From: Flavobacteriaceae bacterium
GTDB taxonomy: Bacteria > Bacteroidota > Bacteroidia > Flavobacteriales > Flavobacteriaceae
Reading direction: 5' to 3'
Length of the DNA: 64,000 bases
Assembly (NCBI GenBank): GCA_038143795.1
Contig: JAYQMQ010000002.1
Location: forward strand, 487,105-551,104
Each line of letters begins with the position of its first letter. Positions within the stretch are counted from its first letter, which is position 1. Both the position numbers and the translations under genes were made by a program. The notes under the pieces were generated by a model. The model was not told where the DNA came from and searched no databases. It saw nothing but the letters and a program-made list of their open reading frames with translations. Shown here one piece after another: positions 12,475-22,205 of the stretch.

Positions 12475-13869
12475 TCATTTTGGCTCATATGACTCAAAGG
12501 GATAAGTATCAGGAAGGACAACTGTACCAGTTGTTAATACCAATGGGTTGTCTGAATTTGGATAAAAAATTACTTCAACAAGCGAAGCAGTAAATCCCAA
12601 ATTATCTGGAGCTGTAATTTCATAGTGCCCTATAGAATTCTTAGGGATGCTAGTTTTTTTCCAATTTCTACCCACTTCCCAGATACGAAAATCTCGAGCT
12701 TTAGGATTATTGATTTTCCAGAGATTTATCTCATGTGGAATCTTATTATCAATGTCAAGATTAAATTTGTTCTTTTTAATACTCCATTCCATTTTGGGTA
12801 TGGGATGGTCGTGGAATTAATCGATCGTAAAAAAAAAAATATTTTGATTTTGATAACTACCTGTCAGTCCATGATTTCCATTAGGGACATATTGTAAAAA
12901 TTTTCTACCGGGAAGTGCGTCCCAATAAAATTTCCATGAATCAGTTACAAAAACTCATCAATAGTTCCGTTTACGATTAGCTTAGGCAGAGTGAGTAGCT
13001 CCATGAATTCAAACGGTTCAACGTGGTTAAGTAATTTTTTTGAAAGCAGGTTTACCCATCCAATCCATAATATTAAAATTTACATATTCCTGAACAGCAG
13101 GAGACCAATCTCCATAAACTCTGTAGTGATGATCAAAAGAGGGTATTATATTCAATAGATCAATCACTAGTGGAGCAATTCCAATGACTCTTTCATCAAC
13201 TGCTGCGGTAGTCCATGTCGTCCATCCTCTTTAGAAGCTCCAGATACAAAAAAAGATTTAACTGGAAAATTTTCACTCTTTGTAACCTCTTCAACAACAT
13301 CCATAGCTCGGACAGATGCTCGGGTCATTGGAAAACGTGCCAGCCACTCTGCATTTTCTGGGATTCCTCCTTTTCTAAAAATAATTCCAGCCATAGGCAA
13401 TTAAATCATCTTCGTATCGTTCGATACTATTGGATTCTTTAAAACGAATGGGTTGATATGGAATATTACTTACATGGCTAATTACTGAATGGGTTTGTAT
13501 AGATTTTTTGATACTTGTACTGTCGAGATAGATTTGGTTTTCATTTTTTGTTCCACCACCAATAAATAGCAAAGCGGTGTTAGTGTCCAAAGTGTCAGGG
13601 ACAACGATATCAACCCAATGTTTCCAAAAAGGTTCATCCACTTCATTTTTTGTTAGCCATTTTCCAGATTGCATCATTATTCTAAATAATGTTGCTCCCT
13701 CATAGCGAAGGGTGTCTATGATATTATATTTGAAGTCATCTTTATTTTTTGTGTAGGAAATTAAACGATCAACGTCTTGACTAAAGGAGCAATTAGAGAA
13801 AAGGAAAATGAGTAATACAGCCTTTTTAATGATTCCAATTGCTAACGCATACTTAAATGATTTCTTCAT
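12475..13869 (-). pseudogene. PhoPQ-activated pathogenicity-related (PqaA-type) family protein, multiply disrupted
   Basis: The N-terminal 164-aa ORF (13375-13869) has a signal peptide and the PqaA-family sequence as I recall it. Later parts lie in 13167-13400 and 12475-12792, with gaps, frame changes and stops between them. Confidence 0.55.
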
Positions 13870-13906
13870 AGGTTTTTTGGTCTTTATTGTTACTTCAATG
13901 GACTGA

Positions 13907-14293
13907 TTATAGAATGTATTTTCCTAATTCATTTTTTTTCTCATCATATTGTTCTTGAGTTATAAGTTCAAGATCAAGTTTTTCCTTCCATTTTTTTAGT
14001 TCTTCTAATGCTCCATCTTTTCTCAAAATATTTTTTATGCAATCATTCTGAGCATAATCAAACTTTTCTTCAATCATTTCACCTTCATCACCTATCGAGC
14101 TCTTTATAATTGCAATTTCCTTAGTTGGATATTTGATTTCCACCATCCAAAGGTCACTCTCGTTTGAACCATTTACAGCATAAAATGTATTTTGAGGATT
14201 TTCACTTTCAAAGTGATCATTCCAAGTCCAATTTAAATCGGCATTGATACACTTGCATATCTCTAAACATTCGTCTTCACTTAAATTCCACAT
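13907..14293 (-). CDS. small cytoplasmic protein with C-terminal SHOCT-like motif
   Basis: Intact 128-aa ORF. The tail LKKWKEKLDLELITQEQYDEKKNELGK matches the SHOCT pattern. The N-terminal domain is unrecognised. Confidence 0.5.
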   Translation of the reverse strand: MWNLSEDECLEICKCINADLNWTWNDHFESENPQNTFYAVNGSNESDLWMVEIKYPTKEIAIIKSSIGDEGEMIEEKFDYAQNDCIKNILRKDGALEELKKWKEKLDLELITQEQYDEKKNELGKYIL

Positions 14294-14497
14294 TTTTTTG
14301 ATATCAATTATTTATTTTAGAACAATTTAAGAAAATCTGATTATTTGATTTTCTTAAGCTCCGTAGCCTTGTTATCTGAACCAATGGGTCTACCAATACT
14401 ATATCCTTTCTCAAATGGCATTATAATTTCTTCTTATTGGTTGTTAGATTTTTGAAAATGATTAAAAATTAAATTTGCATTGGAAGTTAATTGCTGT

Positions 14498-14585
14498 GAA
14501 AGAGTCCCCTTTGCTCTACCTCCGTTTTACTAATTTTAACAGGTTCCTATTGTTAATGTTAAAGTCTAGAGCAGGGGCACTCTTT
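14498..14585. repeat. imperfect inverted repeat (about 18 bp paired) around a 48-nt spacer
   Basis: GAAAGAGTCCCCTTTGCTCTA (14498-14518) pairs with TAGAGCAGGGGCACTCTTT (14567-14585) in blocks of 7+4+1+6 bp, with small bulges. Confidence 0.5.
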
Positions 14586-14923
14586 AATTCAAATGGCATC
14601 TTTAACTTACTTAGGATTGGCCATTAACTGATTTCCCTACCTCTTACAATTCGTGTGTTGTTAGCTTGTATGGGATTGACGATATGAATACGAATCAAAA
14701 ATTGAAGTTATTACAATTGGGACTGTAATATATTATATCGAAGTTGACGACGACGACGATTCACGAAGAGGATTCGCGCATTGATGAACCTATTTTCATA
14801 GAAGTGTTGAAACGTAAAGAGGATCGGGACGAAGAAGAATGGGCTGACAATTTTGAGGTATCAAGTCGACACGAAGTACCCAGTTAAAAGTCAAATAATT
14901 CATATACAATTCGTAAATGAAAT

Positions 14924-14950
14924 AAAAAAACCCCCAGAAATAACTGGAGG
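14924..14950 (-). terminator. rho-independent terminator downstream of tRNA-Val
   Basis: The minus strand reads CCTCCAG-TTATTT-CTGGGGG followed by T7. Confidence 0.6.
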
Positions 14951-14955
14951 TGTTG

Positions 14956-15030
14956 TGGGTGTTAACGGATTCGAACCGCTGACTTCTACCCTGTCAAGGT
15001 AGCGCTCTAAACCAACTGAGCTAAACACCC
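14956..15030 (-). tRNA. tRNA-Val (anticodon GAC)
   Basis: I folded the reverse complement GGGTGTTTAGCTCAGTTGGTTTAGAGCGCTACCTTGACAGGGTAGAAGTCAGCGGTTCGAATCCGTTAACACCCA by hand. It gives a 7-bp acceptor, GCTC/GAGC D stem, CTACC/GGTAG anticodon stem with loop TTGACAG, and a T arm with TTCGAAT. Confidence 0.9.
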
Positions 15031-15409
15031 TATTGAGTTTGTGGGTTACTAAAATTCTAATAGTGCCCAAAATTTATTAGCACCTGTTAAATATAGATAT
15101 AATTAACAATAATCCACTTGCCCATTATAAGTACCGATGGGAATCATTTTTTTCCTGCTTCATAATAATCGTGTTCAGTTTTATCTACAATAGGGTATAA
15201 AAACAACTATTTATCAGAGAAATATAGCGTAAATACAGCCATAAAAAGCGATTTACAGTACTTGTATGCTATAGCACAAAGAAAAATGCTAAACAAACGT
15301 AAAAGACATTCAATACCCATTTCATAAATCAAATATATGGGATGAATATTAGCAACACTAATCAAAATAACTTTATGATTAAAAGATAAATTTCAGAATA
15401 AAAAAAGAG

Positions 15410-15619
15410 CTATTTGTTTTTTCTATGTTTAAGCCAACTACTAATCCAAATATATAATGGGACAATTAAAATAAGACAAGAAATAACCAACACAGCATTT
15501 TGGGGTAAAGAAGTTAATTCGGAAATTTTATCTGATAAGGTTGAAATAGCCAAGGCTAGAATAGTTAAGAAAATAGGGTCTTTGTAACCTGGTTGCATAT
15601 TTGGACTAAGCTTGCTCAT
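15410..15619 (-). CDS. hypothetical small membrane protein (2 predicted TM segments)
   Basis: Only an ORF with hydrophobic segments. No family recognised. Confidence 0.3.
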   Translation of the reverse strand: MSKLSPNMQPGYKDPIFLTILALAISTLSDKISELTSLPQNAVLVISCLILIVPLYIWISSWLKHRKNK

Positions 15620-15715
15620 TAGAATTAGTTTATAGTTAAATTAAGAATATAAAATTATGCCTAGGAAGTAGTCAGAATTCAGAAGATATTGAGTTTCATT
15701 TCATAAGTTTAATTA

Positions 15716-16353
15716 TTATACTTTTAGCAATTTAATATTTTCCGCTATTCGTTTAACTTTTTGTGCAGTACCCAGAGAGACCTTAGCCTTTCTTGCAGCT
15801 CCACGTAAGGACAACCCATGCTGTAAGGCTTCCAAACAATTTGCATTTTTGGGTTTGCACATAAAAATTCTTTGGGCGTAAGCATAGGCTTTTTACCTCC
15901 ATTTTTTTCGGTATGCTCCACTTAATTTAGCTTTGGCAATTCCATCTCGTTGCCGCTCCAATTTTTTTTGCTTTTCCTTTTTTTCTAGGGCTAGTAGGGT
16001 TGTGATTATAACCCTTGCTGTTTCATTTAAAAACCCATTATCTTCTTTTATTGTCAATTTTCCTTCTTGTACATGTATTGTAATCTGTAAATCGATTAAA
16101 ATCTTCGTAACTCGTAAAACATCCAGTGCATTACCTCCTAAGACCTCGAGTGATTCGACATAAAGTGTATCGATGGAACCCTCTTGGGCAATGCGAAGTA
16201 ATTGCCGGCCATATGGCCTTTCCGGAACAATTGAATACTGGAACAGTGGTCGGTCAATTGTAAAACAGTATTTCCTTCTTTGGTATTTTTAATTAAAAGT
16301 CCTCTAGGTAAAGAATCATCAAAACCAACTGCAATATATCGGGCTGATTGCAT
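15716..16353 (-). pseudogene. small serine recombinase (resolvase/invertase type) with C-terminal HTH, frameshifted and with degenerate catalytic motifs
   Basis: The three-frame reconstruction is MQSARYIAVGFDDS...PERPYGRQLLRIAQEGSIDTLYVESLEVLGGNALDVLRVTKILIDLQITIHVQEGKL...ITTLLALEKKEKQKKLERQRDGIAKAKLSGAYRKK...LQHGLSLRGAARKAKVSLGTAQKVKRI. The layout matches resolvase, but LEVLGG replaces LDRLGR and no Y-x-R-V-S-T motif is present. Confidence 0.65.
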
Positions 16354-16508
16354 TTATTTTTTCGTAAAGATATAAAATTTAGTACATGTTGAAAATGAAC
16401 AAATAAAGAAGTTCTTTTACTTATAATTCCATTATCAAATCGCTCATTCAAAAATTTGATTTATGCTGTCTGTTTTTTTAAATTGAAAAAGCTTTCAAAA
16501 TATTAAAT

Positions 16509-16721
16509 ATGAATCCAGTATTACTAATTCTAGCACTGTCACTATTCGTATCCTGTGTTTCCGTTAGATTCCCAGAAACGATCAAAGTAGATATCAATGT
16601 ACCCGAAAACTTTGATGTTGAGAAAATGCAAATTTTAATCTACACGCTAAGAAGTCAAAAAGTGGATGAACAATTGAGTTTCAGTTGCACAGTAAGGATA
16701 ACAATGAATCCTGATTGGTAA
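16509..16721 (+). CDS. hypothetical small lipoprotein
   Basis: Signal peptide plus lipobox LFVSC. The stop TAA shares one base with the next ATG. Confidence 0.45.
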   Translation: MNPVLLILALSLFVSCVSVRFPETIKVDINVPENFDVEKMQILIYTLRSQKVDEQLSFSCTVRITMNPDW

Positions 16722-16936
16722 TGATGGCTCCTTGGGGAAAACAATTGATTCTATTGGGGCTAGTGCTAATTCTTGTTGGATTAGTCCTCAGTTATGGCGC
16801 CCCTTTATTAAAAGGCTATAAAAACCCTCTCGACTTTCGGTTCAAATCGGGGAACAGTATAGTCTATTTTCCATTAGGATCTTCTATTTTGATTAGTATC
16901 GTATTGTCTTTTCTCATCTATTTGTTTAAAAAATGA
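16721..16936 (+). CDS. DUF2905-like small membrane protein
   Basis: GKQLILLGLVLILVGLVL ... VYFPLGSSILISIVLSFLIYL resembles the DUF2905 pattern from memory. Confidence 0.5.
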   Translation: MMAPWGKQLILLGLVLILVGLVLSYGAPLLKGYKNPLDFRFKSGNSIVYFPLGSSILISIVLSFLIYLFKK

Positions 16937-17169
16937 AATCTAACCTTTTAATACTAGTCACTCTCGGTATTTTTAGTTGTTCGAAAGAAGAATGCGTTAC
17001 TATTGAAAACAAACAAGAAATTAATGGAAACTATTATTTCTTTTTTGGAAGGGGAGATCGATATACATTTGATGAGCAATCGCTGCTTGTCCCGGATACT
17101 CAGCAATCTGGAAAAGTTTCCGCTGAGGATTTCAACCGATATCAAGTAGGTGACCAATATTGTTATTGA
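16933..17169 (+). CDS. hypothetical small lipoprotein
   Basis: Lipobox GIFSC. ATGA overlap with the preceding gene. Confidence 0.45.
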   Translation: MKSNLLILVTLGIFSCSKEECVTIENKQEINGNYYFFFGRGDRYTFDEQSLLVPDTQQSGKVSAEDFNRYQVGDQYCY

Positions 17170-17215
17170 CATTCCATTTGGCTAGCTGATTTTTTCCTGC
17201 TACATTGAAAAAACT

Positions 17216-17494
17216 ATGAGTCGAGTGACTGTATTTTTCTTTGGTATCGTTTTAAGCATCATCCTAGGTCTTTTTTATTGGCATTCCCACAAAAGCAATA
17301 TTGGAACCTCCGATGCCTGTTTGTGCACCGAATTACTCGCCAAAGAATCCTTCCTACAAAATAAAAACAAAATTAAAGCGGTTGAGGACTGCGTGAAACT
17401 ATTTAAAAACTTTGAGGAGGCTCATCTCAAATGCATGGAAAAGGTTCCTTTCGAGCACCCTGAAATAAAAATAGACTCTATAAAAACCACTTAG
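17216..17494 (+). CDS. hypothetical membrane-anchored small protein
   Basis: N-terminal TM segment followed by a Cys-containing soluble part. No family recognised. Confidence 0.4.
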   Translation: MSRVTVFFFGIVLSIILGLFYWHSHKSNIGTSDACLCTELLAKESFLQNKNKIKAVEDCVKLFKNFEEAHLKCMEKVPFEHPEIKIDSIKTT

Positions 17495-17495
17495 A

Positions 17496-17702
17496 ATGAA
17501 AACTAGCTTCCGTAAACTTTATTTTTTACTGATATTAATTCCACTTGGACTCTTTATCCGTTTTATAGATATTGAAATTACACAGGGATTTTTAGCTACC
17601 AATGAAACGGATGATCACCTTAAATACATGCTGGGCTTAGTCATCGTTGTCGCTGTGTTACTGGCTGCCGTTTTGTATTTCGAAAAAACAACGGAAAAGT
17701 AA
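17496..17702 (+). CDS. hypothetical small membrane protein
   Basis: Two hydrophobic segments. The ATG lies 1 nt after the previous stop. Confidence 0.4.
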   Translation: MKTSFRKLYFLLILIPLGLFIRFIDIEITQGFLATNETDDHLKYMLGLVIVVAVLLAAVLYFEKTTEK

Positions 17703-17743
17703 TTCCACTGTCAATAGTTTGATATTTTTGAAAGAAAAAGAGC

Positions 17744-18334
17744 ATGCAACAATTTTCTGAAAAAGACATAGATTCACTTGATAAAATTTATCGCCTCAAC
17801 CTCATCAACAGTATCACGGGGTACAAATCCGCTAATCTTATTGCAACTCAGTCTAAGACTGGGAACACGAACGTTGCCATATTCAGTTCGATCACCCATT
17901 TGGGAAGTGATCCTGCATTGTTGAGTTTCGTTCTTCGTCCTACTACCGTCCCAAGGCATACCTACAGTAATCTGAAAGACACAGGTATCTTTACCGTCAA
18001 TCATATCAGTTCAGATATCATTTCGGACGCCCACCACAGCAGTGCAAAGTATCCCGAATCAGTGTCTGAATTTGATATGACAGGCTTGGAAGTAGAGTTT
18101 AAATACAACTACCCGTGTCCCTTTGTAAAAAACGCCCCCGTTCAGATTGCCTGTGAATACCAAAATGAATACCCGATAAAAGAAAACGGTACTGTATTAA
18201 TTGTGGCTCAAATGAAAACCATCTACCTTCAAGATAAGCTGCTTCAAAAAGACGGTTGGGTCTGTCTTGAAAAGGGAAATGTAGTGAGCATTAATGGTTT
18301 GGATGGATACGCTTTGCCCAAGCTTTTGGAATGA
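17744..18334 (+). CDS. flavin reductase-like (FMN-binding split-barrel) protein
   Basis: Intact 196-aa ORF with LINSITGYKSANLIAT...NVAIFSSITHLGSDP...FTVNHI typical of this family. Confidence 0.7.
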   Translation: MQQFSEKDIDSLDKIYRLNLINSITGYKSANLIATQSKTGNTNVAIFSSITHLGSDPALLSFVLRPTTVPRHTYSNLKDTGIFTVNHISSDIISDAHHSSAKYPESVSEFDMTGLEVEFKYNYPCPFVKNAPVQIACEYQNEYPIKENGTVLIVAQMKTIYLQDKLLQKDGWVCLEKGNVVSINGLDGYALPKLLE

Positions 18335-18366
18335 TTTGACTATGCAAGGCCCAAAAAGATTTGATA

Positions 18367-19052
18367 ATGCAAACCATAGCGAATGCCTTATCGGAGTATA
18401 CAGAATTACACAGCACAGGAGAGTCTAAATTACTTGAAAAACTTCGACGAGAAACCTTTCAGAAAGTATTGCATCCCCGAATGCTTTCCGCCCCTTCAAG
18501 GGCGTTTATTGAGTTTGATCTCCAAGCTGATCCAACCGAAGAAGATTTTAGAATTAGGAACTTATACGGGCTATGCTACTTTATGTCTCAGTGAAGGACT
18601 GGTTCAAGATGGGGACATTCACACCATCGATAAAAATGAAGAATTAATCGCCATCCAAAACAAGTATTTTAAAGCCAGTGGCAGACGCTCAAATATCCAC
18701 CAACATCTAGGCGAAGCACTTTCTATTATTCCCCAGTTAGAGGGCCCTTTTGATCTCGTTTTCATTGATGCAGATAAGGAAAATACTCAGGCTTATTTTG
18801 ATCTTTGTATGGAGAGGGTTCCTTCGGGAGGCTTAATTCTAACGGATAATGTCTTATGGAGCGGAAAAGTACTTGATAGCGCCGATAAAGATGATCGACA
18901 CTTTAGCGCTTCAGGAATTCAACCACAAAGTAGCTAATGATAGTCGAGTGGAAAGCCTTATGTTGCCCCTTAGAGACGGTATTACCCTTAGCAGGGTTCT
19001 TTTAGAATTTACGCTTAATGGATTCGGTCAGTTCCTCAAAGTCTTTTTTTGA
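18367..19052 (+). CDS. class I SAM-dependent O-methyltransferase (caffeoyl-CoA OMT-like), interrupted
   Basis: KKILELGTYTGYATLCLSEGL SAM motif and DLVFIDADKENT in ORF 18383-18937. The N- and C-terminal parts are in other frames. The 3' end is uncertain. Confidence 0.75.
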
Positions 19053-19277
19053 TATTCTTAACTTCTTTACCAACACCCTCACCTATTTTACCTTTTGAAT
19101 CGTCTACCTCGTCTACCGATTTTTGAATCTCCGACTTGATCTCATCTGTGGCTTGGCGTATTTGTGTCATCCCTTTAGCCAACCCTCGAGCGATACTGGG
19201 TATTCTGTCTGCCCCAAAGACCAACAAAACCACAAAAAAATAAAGACGATTTCAGCGCCACTTATGAATAATTGCAT
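19036..19277 (-). CDS. tatA: twin-arginine translocase TatA/E, one frame break
   Basis: MQLFISGAEIVFIF joins VVLLVFGADRIPSIARGLAKGM only after a 1-nt change in the A7 run at 19234-19240. Confidence 0.8.
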
Positions 19278-19337
19278 CTCTTTTTTCAAATATACCAAGA
19301 AAAACACCCCCGAGGACGACTCGAGGCTGTTTTTAGA

Positions 19338-21640
19338 TTATCCTTTAATCTCTGATTTAAACCGATCAAACTCAGACTCTACAGTGTCCTGTGGCCAAGA
19401 ATTGTTACTTGTATCGATATCAGCAGTCTCAGCATCAGGATCCACCTCGATTCCTATAAGCTCTTTATTCGTTGCCAAAACTTTACGGACAAGCGCATCA
19501 TTTTTACGCCAAATCTGAACGGGGTAGGACATGCGCTCTTTGCTTCCATCGGCGTAGCTGTATTCCACAATCAATGGCATGACTAGTCCACCTGGTTTTT
19601 CAAACTCTATTTCATAAAGATATTTAGGTACTTTGGCATCGGATCGATCCACTTCGAATTATTTTCAGCAATATAGTCTCGCAATGATTTTGAGTTTTCC
19701 AGCGGTGATTCTACTGCCATACTCGGGTCGAATGAGTCGGAATTTTCTGCCACCATATACATCATATGCTCAGGTAGATCTTCGAGTGTCATATTGTATT
19801 GTTCCAGCAAATCAAAGACCTCTTTTCCAGGTTCAGAGGAAACATGGTATTTTTTGACTTCACCCACCCCGATGTCAACATAATCCGTTGAATAAAACCA
19901 TCCTCTCCAAAACCAATCCAAATCCACCGCTGAGGCATCTTCCATAGTTCTAAAGAAATCTTCAGGAGTCGGGTGCTTAAACATCCACCGCTGAGCGTAG
20001 GTTTTGAAAGCGTAATCAAAAGTTCTTCCCCCATAACGGTCTCTCTTAATATATTTAGTGCTGTTGCAGGCTTTGCATAAGCATTGGGGCCAAGTTGGAA
20101 TACATTTTCTGGATTGGACATGATAGGTGAAATAATGCTTTGATCACCCGACATATAAGGAATTATTTTAGAGGGTTCCCCCCGGCGTGAAGGATAATTT
20201 TCAAGCGGTCGAATCGCCTCTGGGAAATTAGCTCCAAACTCCTGTTCGGTGAGGTATTGCATAAATGTATCCAGGCCTTCGTCCATCCATCCCCACTGTC
20301 GCTCGTCGGAATTTACAATCATGGGAAAATAATTGTGGCCCACTTCGTGAATGATTACACTTATCATTCCAAACTTGGTGCGGTCTGAATAAGTGCCGTC
20401 TTCTTCGGGTCGGCCATAATTCCAACAGATCATTGGGTATTCCATTCCTTGATTTCTAGCATGTACTGATACCGCTTTGGGATAAGGATAATTGAAAGTA
20501 TATCTTGAATAAGTGTCCAATGTCTACGGGCTACTGGCTATAGTAGAATAGTCTTCCCACAGGATTTCCCTCTTTTGGATACAAGGATACCGCCATCACT
20601 TTTCGTGGGCCTACTTGAACAGCCCATCATATCCCAGATAAATTTTCTTGAACTGGCAAAAGCAAAATCACGAACATTACGGGCCACAAAACGCCACGTC
20701 TTTTCTTATCAGAAAACTGAGTCTCTTTAGCAATAGCTTCGTCCTCGGAAACAATAATTACAGGGGTATCAAATGTATTCTGAGCCGTTTTGTAACGCTT
20801 GAACTCTTCGCGAGACAATACTTCTTTGGGATTTTGTAGCTGCCCTGTAGCTTCTACTACATGATCGGATGGAACTGTTAGGTTGACTTCAAAATTACCA
20901 AAGTTGAGGGCAAACTCACCATTACCCCAAAATTGATAATTCTGCCAGCCTTCAACGTCATTATACACAGCCATTCTAGGGAAGAATTGAGCAATGACAT
21001 ATGCTCTATTTCCGTCTTCGGGAAAATACTCGTAGCCCGAACGGGCTCTATTGGTGACGTGATTATTGATTTTATACCACCACTTAATGGAAAAACTATA
21101 TTGCCCTCCCGGAGGAATTGGGCTCGGAAGATCCACTCGCATCATGGTTTGATTGATCACATAAGAAAGTGGCTTGCCATTAGTAGATTTAACCGATTCA
21201 ATATGAAATCCCCCATCAAAGGGCTCGTCCATATAGTTTTTTACAAATGTTGACGCTCGGGTTAAAGGCTGAAATCCAGTGACATTTTTTCTAGAGCAGG
21301 AGCTTCTTTTTGACGAATATTCTGATCCAATTGGACCCATAAATAAGGTAAAGCGTCTGGAGAGTTATTGCTATAGGTGATTGTCTCTTCCCCATATAAT
21401 TTGGTGTTACGGTCATCCAATTCCAAATCCATTACATAATCTACCTGTTGTTGGTAGTAAGAATCGCCTGGGCCCCTGACGCGGTTCGGTATCTATTGGG
21501 GTAGAAAACTCTTCATACAACTGTTTGAATTTGTTGTTGTTTAGATGTCCACCTTCTCTTTCTGTTGAAGTGTCTTGACTCCACAGAATCAATGAAAAAA
21601 AAGTTAATAAACTCGTTTGTAGGTAGGTTAGTGTTCTCAT
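19338..21640 (-). CDS. M1 family metallopeptidase (aminopeptidase N-like), secreted, interrupted
   Basis: Signal peptide in ORF 21413-21640. HEVGHNYF...WMDEGL zinc motif in ORF 19789-20520. Five collinear fragments. Confidence 0.85.
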
Positions 21641-21714
21641 AATCTGGATTTTGCTATCAAATTTAATATTTTAAGTATGTTTTTCAATGGACAAACCCAA
21701 TTTATTGGTCGCTT

Positions 21715-22205
21715 AAAAGTATAGAGTAACGACGGTTTTGTCTATCAAATAAATAGCTTTTTAGATAGGACCCGTTTTTAAAGTGAACGACGTTCTGCTG
21801 GCTAGAAATTGTTTCAAAAAAAGCTGATACTCCATATCAACCTTTTCCGCTGCTTCTGGAAGAGGAACACTGATGAAAATTAGACTCAGATCATCCTGAT
21901 ATTTTTACCCAAATAGCTAATAGGTATCGGATTGTTGAAATAGGAAAGGGCAAGAACCTCATTCAAATAAAGTACGAGCAAAGAGTCGACCGATTGATTG
22001 TCGGGATTCAATTGAATGCGGCTATCTGTTCTTGACTGAAGTACGGTTTCAAATCATCTGTAAAAAGCTGCAGTGTGAGTTGTATTTCACCAGATTGCTG
22101 TTTCCATTCCATTTGAAGTGACGAAATGTAAACTTCATGAACATCAAAGGACGTAAAGAGAACCATAAAACAGGAAGCCCATAAAAACAATAGTCTATTT
22201 TTCAT
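21715..22205 (-). CDS. DUF6702-like small secreted protein, interrupted; 3' end uncertain
   Basis: ORF 22008-22205 has a signal peptide followed by HEVYISSLQMEWKQQSGEIQLTLQLFTDDL. The continuation is found in other frames down to about 21.7 kb. Confidence 0.4.

Noticed and set aside
14498-16353. Serine recombinase plus the inverted repeat as an invertible promoter switch.
   Set aside because: The repeat arms enclose only 48 nt and lie 1.1 kb from the recombinase, with a tRNA and another ORF between them. The recombinase lacks its catalytic motifs and is frameshifted. I saw no second matching repeat flanking a promoter-sized segment.
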